DNA from: Selaginella moellendorffii
Taxonomy: Eukaryota; Plantae; Lycopodiophyta
Length of the DNA: 64,000 nt
Direction of reading: 5' to 3'
Assembly (NCBI RefSeq): GCF_000143415.4
Contig: NW_003314331.1
Location: 793,169-857,168 of the forward strand
The translations under genes were made by a program, and so were the position numbers. This document shows, in pieces, positions 56,618 to 64,000 of this stretch (position 1 is its first letter; each line of letters opens with the position of its first letter). The notes under the pieces were generated by a model. The model did not search any database. It saw only the letters and a list, made by a program, of their open reading frames with translations, and was not told the DNA's origin.

Positions 56618-58416
56618 GTGCTCGATCGATCGAGCGCAAACCAAGGAAAGTTTTGTACAGGGTCTCCTTCGGCTACGAAATAACTTTGGAGTTCCAGAGC
56701 GATCGATTCAATCGGCTATCCGGGTTTGGAGAGGAAAGAGATGAGACAATGGAAAGTTTCTTGACACAAAGAATGGTATTGGCTAAAGGACGAAGAAGAA
56801 GAACAAAAGAATTCCAATAAAAGAGAGATTTTTCTTTCTTTCTATGGTTTGGTTGCTTCCGCTATGAATGCAAATGTCCGCAGCAACATTATGATGTGCC
56901 AGGTGCTCAAATTCTTATTGGCCAGATCTACGGCTGGTCCAAAAGTACTTGCGTACGGATAGACTATGTACGGCATGTAAACCTCAGTGGTTTTTGAGGA
57001 GCCCTAATCCCGGGGATTTTGTTCTTCTTGAATCGGTGGGTTGCCGCGAGCGATCGGCTCGATTTCTCGCTCGCTTTCTCCTCTCTGTTAGGTAAGAGCT
57101 GCGCCGGATCGTAATGGACATTAATCGCGCGAGCGCTTGGAAATTTATGGCCGCTCATGATTCAGGCAACCATTTCTTTCTGCGATCATGAATCTTTGAT
57201 GAGCGGCGTTCCATCCGGCGGGCCGCATTCTCTTCTCTGGCTTCAGAGGTTCGTAGCGATCTAGCTATCCCTAATCTAATCGGGTTTTCTCGCTGGAAAT
57301 CTCGCCAGGATTTGATCGAGTCTTCGTCGATCGATCCGGCTGCAAGGCAGAAGAAATATTTGTTTGGCCGCTGCGTATGTAAGTCTGTCGCTTGCCTGCA
57401 CATTCTTTGTTTGTTCTTGGCATTTTCTTTGATGCGTCATTGTCCCTGCCATCGTTTACGCGCTAAACTAACTCCTTTCCTTAACAATCCAGCCGATCGA
57501 GCATCGGCAGTGACGCTTTATCCCTGGCATTCTTTCTAGCACACACTCTTGGGTGCGTTTTCACCATTCAGTCTCCAGCGAGGTTCTCTCTTTTCCTTCC
57601 TTTTTTATCTTTTGAGCCCTCCAGCAAGATTAGTGTGTCCTGCCAGTCTAGTGTCTTTCCTCTGATCGATTCTGTGAGCTTTCATTTTCATTCTCAATCC
57701 TTTAGGAATTTTTTTTTTCCTCTTCGAGAGAACAGTTTTTCCGATTTGTGAGTTTATTTTTTTCTTCATTTTCAGTCCTGTACTTTGCCGTGAGAAGCGT
57801 TTTGAGTCTTTCTCAAATCTTACCTTACTGCTTTGGATTCGATACTATATTACTGTCGAAGGTCATGTGCGTATGAGTCGGGTTTGTGTGTGATTTTTTT
57901 TAAGTGTGTGAATAGTTTCTATTCCAATCGCTTTATTGACGGAGGAGCCAGTCGCTGTCGACCGACTCCTGCGGTGGCCCCTCGCTGTAGGGTGTAACAT
58001 CTCTTTTCCTCACCTTACTTTCTCTCTCACTCGTTGTTTGGGTTGCCCTTGAGCGTCCCTTGTGGGCTCTTCTCCCTTACTGCGCTAGCATTCTAATCTG
58101 CATTGCTACTGTGCTTGGATCCCTGGAGCAGGACATGGACCGGCGACCCTCTACGCTCTGGAGCTCGCAGATTTTTCCCTGAGGTGAAGTTAGGCAGCAG
58201 GAAATCCGGGATCCATACTGGAGGCTCCTCGGTAAGAACAGTGATCTGCTGTCCGGAGGTTTAAAATGCTGCCGCTGCTTATTTTTTTTATCTCAGGTGA
58301 AACTCAGGACTGGATAGGAGAGAGCTAGGCATTTGGATCTATGTGAGGATTATGGGAAAAGGCCGGGCTTGGTAGATGCGGTGTTGGGTGCTCCGTGCAT
58401 TGTTGTTCCCTTCGCC

Positions 58417-61400
58417 ATGGAGGAAGCACTTACGCAGGTGCAGGCAAAAGACACCAAGGAAAGGATGGCTGGAGTGGAGATGCTCCAGACTTTACTTGAG
58501 CAGCGTAGGAAAGGGCTTTCAGCTAGCGAAGTAGGGAGCATAGTGGATGCAACCAGGGGACTGCTCACGGATAACAACTTCAGGGTTTGCCAAGGGGCTC
58601 TCCAGGTTCTTGCATCGGCGTCAGCACTAGCAGGCGAGCATCTTAAAGTTCACTTTAACGTTCTTGTCCCGGCCATCGTGGAGTGCCTCGGGGATGCCAA
58701 ACAACCGGTCCGTGATGCGGCTAATCGGCTTATACTGGCACTCATGGAGGCAAGTTTCTTGTTCTCGCTTCGTTGGAAATGTGGATCTGATATGTATGGC
58801 TTCTTCACTCCGTGCAGATATCATCTCCAACTATTATAGTTGAGAGAGCGGGAAGCACGGCTTGGACTCACAGAAACTGGAGAGTTCGAGAAGAGTTTAT
58901 GCGAACAATGGCATCAGCCGTGAGCCTCTTTTCGGCGAAGGAGATCACATTGCAACGCTTCATTCTTCCTTCCGTAAGCGCACTTTGTTTTGTGCTACAC
59001 CTGATGTTCGTATCAATCTTTGGCAGGCCTTGCAATTGTTGAGCGATCCCAACAGCGCAGTGAGGGAAGCTTCTATGTTGTGTTTGGAGGTGCCAGTTTC
59101 TTTTCTGCATAATGGAGTGTAACTGAAGGTTTTGCCAGGAAATGCATCGTCAGGTTGGATCACAGTTTCGCGACGAGCTCCAGCGTCAGCCTATACAGCC
59201 GGCACAGGTGTTGTCGCTATCGATGAAATTTCTGCGATGCTGACTTTGGATGCAGATGACAGAAATTATCTCGAAGCTTGAAAGGATGGATTCAAAGTCT
59301 CGTCCCTTCGAAAGCTTAGCCAGGCAAGGTGGCGCAGACAACAACAAACCAATGACTAGTCCCTCTGGAAGTTTTAAAAGGCAGAGTCCGAGAGGAAAGC
59401 CCGCACCTTTAGATGTTCCGTCATATTCAGGCAAGCATTCTTTTTCATCTCTCGCGTATTTTAACTGTTATATCTATGAATGCAGGCGAGGTCGACTCTC
59501 CCGAACAACCCGTGGATCCTATTAAAGTGTATTCAGAAAGGGAGCTAGTGAGGGAGATGGAAAAGATCTGTTCCACGTTGACGCAGGACCAGGATTGGTC
59601 TGTAAGAATGGCTGCACTACAAAGGGTTGAAGGGCTTGTCTACGGAGGTACATACGTTTTCTTGTGGTTACTTCGCACAAGTTTTAACGTTTTGTACATT
59701 TGTAGGGGCTACTGATTTCCAGTCTTTCCCTTCCTTGCTGAAGCAATTAACTCCCCCTCTAAATGTCCAGCTTTCTGATCGGCGCTCTAGTATCGTCAAG
59801 CAGGTTGGTTCCGAACTTTTTTCTTTTGTGCCTTACTGACCGAATGTAAAACTTCCAGGCTTGCCATCTCTTGAATATTTTGTCTAGAGAATTATTATCT
59901 GATTTCGAGGCATGCGCAGAGTCCTTCATACCTGTACGTGGTTTTGATGTTCTTTATTCTTTGACTTATCTTCACGTTGTCAAACAGATGCTATTTAAGC
60001 TCGTTGTTATTACTGTTCAAGTTATTGCCGAGTCAGCCGATAATTGTATAAAAACGGTGTGTCATGCAATTACGTGTCCAAATTCTCATAACTCGCTTTT
60101 ACAGATTCTGCGTAATTGTCGAGTTTCGCGAATGCTTCCGCGAATTGTTGATATTGCAAAAAATGACCGCAGTGGTGTCTTGAGAGCAAGGTACAGTTTA
60201 GCTCTTTCAACTAAATAATGAAGATAACAATGTGTGATATTACTTAGATGTTGTGAATACGCTCTTTTGATACTAGAACAGTGGCCGGATACTCCAGAAA
60301 TCCAACGTTCAGCCGAACTTTATGAAGATCTTATCAAATGCTGTGTTGTAGATGCTATGAGCGAGGTAACTTTCGCTAATATGTGAAAGAAACAAATGAA
60401 TCAAACTCGTTGTATCCAGGTACGCTCAACGGCAAGATCATGTTATCGACTTTTTGCTAAGACGTGGCCTGAACGATCCCAAAAACTTTTCTTCTCTTTT
60501 GATCCGGCTATTCAGCGTGTAAGTAACTTACATGGTTTATTCTTCTAAATGGACGTTTTCATTTTGTTTCACAAGCTTATAAACGACGAAGAAAGAGGAT
60601 TTCATAAACGATACTCGTCTCCAGCATCGCGCACCAGGGGTAACCCGTTGAGGGCCTCATTGACTGTCGTCTCAAAGTCAACCCCTGTTACTCCCCAGAC
60701 AGTTCCTATTATCGCAATGGACAGACGTGCGAGTTTCTCGTCGGGTGGAGCTCATTCGAGAACGAGCGAGCAAGAGAGAAGCTTAGAAAGCATTTTACAA
60801 GCAAGCCAACAGCGGGTAAACGCAATAGAGACGATGCTGAGGGGCGTTGATATATCTGACGTGAAAGGTCCTCTATCTAAGGCTACCGCCAAAGGTACGA
60901 TATCTTGCTTCTTTTACTTTGTACTGCATAACGTTCCTCTTTTCGCAACAGCAAGCCCCAAGGCTGTGGATTTACCATCCTCTCGTGATCCACCTTTTCC
61001 GGCTTCAGCGTCGTCTGCCGTGGGAGGCAGTACTACAGTTTCTAGCGCTTACACTGGCGATCTCTACGGTACTGCACCTGGAGCTTTGTTATCTCCTCAA
61101 CGCATGCTTTCTGACACGAAAAGAGGCATGGTCTACAACGGTTTGAGTCAAGACAGTGATCGGGTTAATGCGAGGGTATCAGTCATGGACAGATTCAACT
61201 GGAGCAGCTCTAGCTTGATGACTGAAAGCAGGGAAGGTAAGCGGACTCCAAGGGGTGATAACCAAGGTGGAGTTCCAGGATTCCAGAGACCACTTCTTAG
61301 AAACAGCAGCTCGGGGAGGTCGCCGTCTGCCACTAGAAGCCATGGTGATACTATGCAGGGGTCCTACGAAGCGTTTAGCAGTAACGGGTCCACAATACAA

Positions 61401-63823
61401 CTCCACGAAGTTCTTGGAGAAGGCCTTAGTCCCAATGCCGACTGGTCGGCACGGGTTGGCGCTTTTACTTTCATCAGGGATCTGCTTCAGAACGGCATAA
61501 AGGGACTACAGGAAATAACGCAGAGCTTTGAGAAGATTATGAAGCTCTTCTTTGCACACTTGGACGATCCACATCACAAAGTTGCGCAGGCAGCTCTGAC
61601 AACCTTGAATGAGCTCGTTCCAGTTTGCAGAAAACCGTTTGAGTCGTACTTGGAGCGCATTTTACCTCACGTCTTCTCCAGATTGGTCGACCCGAAGGAA
61701 ATCATACGGCAGCTCAGTGCATCAGTTCTTGAGACGGTTGGCACGACTTACACCATTGAGTCGTTGCTCCCTGCTTTGTTGCGATCCCTCGACGAGCAGC
61801 GGTCACTTAAGGCCAAAGTCGCTATCATCGAATTTGCCAACAATGCACTCAGTAAGCTCACGCTCTCAGGGGAAATACCAGGTGGTAGTGGACTGATGAG
61901 GTTGTGGCTGGCAAAGATTGCTCCTCTAGTGAACGATAAAAACCCGAAGCTTAAGGATATTGCTGTCAACAGTCTTATAGCAGTTTATACTCACTACGAT
62001 TCCGGCGCAGTCCTGAACTTCATTCTCAACTTATCCATCGAAGAGCAAGCCAGCTTACGTCGTGCATTGAAACAGTACACTCCTCGCATAGAAGTGGACC
62101 TCGTCGCAGTTCTGCAAAGCAAGCATCAACGAGGGAAGAAGTCAGGCAATGATCAAAATGACTACTCTACCATGTCCGTCGATGGTGGAGGTCGAGCCTA
62201 CTCGACCTTGATGAGAAGCCAGCCGCCTGGAAGCTATTCTTCCGGATCCATAAACAGCGACTCTGGTAGAAAGTGGAGCTCCATGCAGGCCGACTCAGTG
62301 CAGTATAACGCCAGAATGAACGGTCAGTCCAAAGAAAATGATGCGAGCGCCATCAGCTCAAACAACTTCAGGAGCGTGTCGAGTATCGAGGACGTTTCCC
62401 AGTTTAAGAAGGCCGGATTGCGAAGTTCTGGAGATAAGCTCGATAGAATGTCCCAAACACGCAGACTGAGCACCGAGGACCTGAGGAATATGGTCGACAG
62501 TATTGAACATAATAAGACTGACGAGACTAGTTTGGAAAAGCGTCAACAGAAAAATGAGGCAGACGAAGCATACAAACAGTTCTTTTCTCAGGAGTCTAGC
62601 AAGGTACCTCTAGCGGAAGAAGTCAAGCCTTCGGAGGCAAACGGATCAAGTTTCGACGATCTTCCGAGTATTCCATCGCTGCTTATACAGGTATTGAGAC
62701 TGAAGATGTTTTCTAAACATGATGTTGATGATATTTCGTGCAGATGTCTAATGTGGAGGATTCAAGTAAACGATCAGGCGCTCTCGAAGATTTTCTCGCG
62801 ATATTTCGTAAAGCCGATGCTAGCAGCTGGTCACAGGTGAGAAGGTTACTCTCTACCAAGCTGAATTCTGAAATATGGTTTTTGCAGTATTTTAACCAGA
62901 TCCTCACGGCTGTTCTCGAAGCACTTGATGATCCGAATAATGCCATTCGCGAGCTTGCTTTATCCGTTATCTTCGAAATGCTAAATAATCAGGTTTGTTT
63001 CCTCTGATTTTCTCGAGATTCCCATTCACCAGTTTCTTCAGAGAGCGATGATGGAAGAACCAACAGAGCTGCTGGTAGAGAAACTTCTGCATGCAAGCAA
63101 AGACCAGACGCCAAAGGTAGGCAAACCTTAATGGGAACGATGGCCAAGTTCGAGCTGTTCTTTTGTTTGCACAGGTTGCTGCTGGGGCAGACGCGTGCCT
63201 GACCGTTGTACTTAAAGAATTCGATGCCTATCGCTGCCTCTCGGTAAGCCCACAGCACTTTTGGCAATGGATAACAAGCCTGCTGCTGCCGCAGGTTGTT
63301 GTTCCTCTTCTCGTGAACGAAGACGTGAGAACCTTGATTACTTGTATAAGCTGCCTAACTAAGGTACGAAGGAGAAAACGAGCATTGGGATAACATGTGT
63401 TTTGTTTCTCTTTCAGCTTGTATCCCGTCTTCCACAACAAGAGCTCATGGAGCAGCTACCGTCTTTCCTCCCGGCTCTCTTCGACGCGTTTGGCAACCAA
63501 AACGCCGACGTTCGCAAGGTCTGGGTTTAAAGTTCCTCCCTTTCGGTGCTTCTTATGATTTCTTCCACAGACTGTTGTCTTTTGCTTGGTGGACATCTAC
63601 ATCGCACTCGGAAAAGCATTCGTCCCGTATCTGAGCAGCCTCAGCAGCAACCAGTTACGGCTGGTCACGATTTACGCGAACAGAATCGCACAGGTATACT
63701 CAAACGCGTTTGTTTCATCACGTCGTGGAATCTAAAAGTAAAACTCGTCAGGCTCGTACTGGGACCCCTGTCGAGCAGCAGCAGCAGCAGCAGCAAGCGG
63801 CAGCGGCAACACCCACACAGTAA
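58417..63823 (+). CDS. CLASP: CLIP-associated protein (TOG/HEAT microtubule regulator), multi-exon
   Basis: MEEAL..AKDTKERMAGVE; DNNFRVCQGALQ; DWSVRMAALQRVEGLV; LSDRRSSIVKQ; LDDPHHKVAQAAL; C-terminal FGNQNADVRKTVVFCLVDIY..LRLVTIYANRIAQARTG; stop TAA 63821-63823. Confidence 0.95.
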
Positions 63824-63907
63824 CACACACAGGATTTTCGCGAGAGAAAGTTTACATAAATCCAGCAAAGTTTCTAGGTTCGTCGTTTTTCATTTTAGGA
63901 AGTGGGC

Positions 63908-64000
63908 ATGAAGATCAGGAAGTTAATGGTGGTGGCGATGGTGGCGCTACTGTTACTCGCAGTAGAGCTAGAGGGAGTGGAAGAAGTGGGCGGGGAAAGG
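63908..64000 (+). CDS. Possible start of a secreted protein (signal-peptide-like), truncated by the window end
   Basis: MKIRKLMVVAMVALLLLAVELEG: basic n-region plus hydrophobic h-region. Confidence 0.4.
   Translation, partial: MKIRKLMVVAMVALLLLAVELEGVEEVGGER

Noticed and set aside
58333-58416. N-terminal extension of CLASP shown in the ORF track
   Set aside because: Starts at a non-ATG codon; the conserved plant CLASP start MEEAL is at 58417.

Overview
Eukaryotic land-plant DNA, most likely the lycophyte Selaginella moellendorffii. This is inferred from the ~50-60 bp GT/GC-AG introns, PLS-type PPR debris, intronless G-type lectin RLKs and a Tcn1-like chromovirus. There are three 100-N assembly gaps. 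Bases 1-~41,000 are mostly decayed transposons: three diverged MULE-type DDE transposase pseudogenes (Cys/His zinc domain, DDE core, SWIM clear in one copy); a complete non-coding 8.1-kb LTR element (TSD CAGAA) holding a nested 5S-rRNA-bearing Cassandra-type TRIM (TSD TTGAA); a Merlin/IS1595-type transposase relic; a self-priming Ty3/Gypsy fragment; and many solo LTRs. The most notable item is a spliced ~3.4-kb gene (2758-6232), missed by the ORF track. It fuses an N-terminal ParB/Srx-like domain (IIDGNH[Q]) to a prokaryote/phage-type beta-class DNA amino-methyltransferase (DFPY ... VIDCTAGSGS). It lies head-to-head with a MULE transposase and is inactivated almost only by C>T/G>A changes. Bases ~41,000-64,000 are genic: two tandem G-type lectin S-domain non-RD receptor kinases, small pseudogene fragments (including a fungal-type BBE/FAD oxidase tail), a plastid G6PDH and CLASP.
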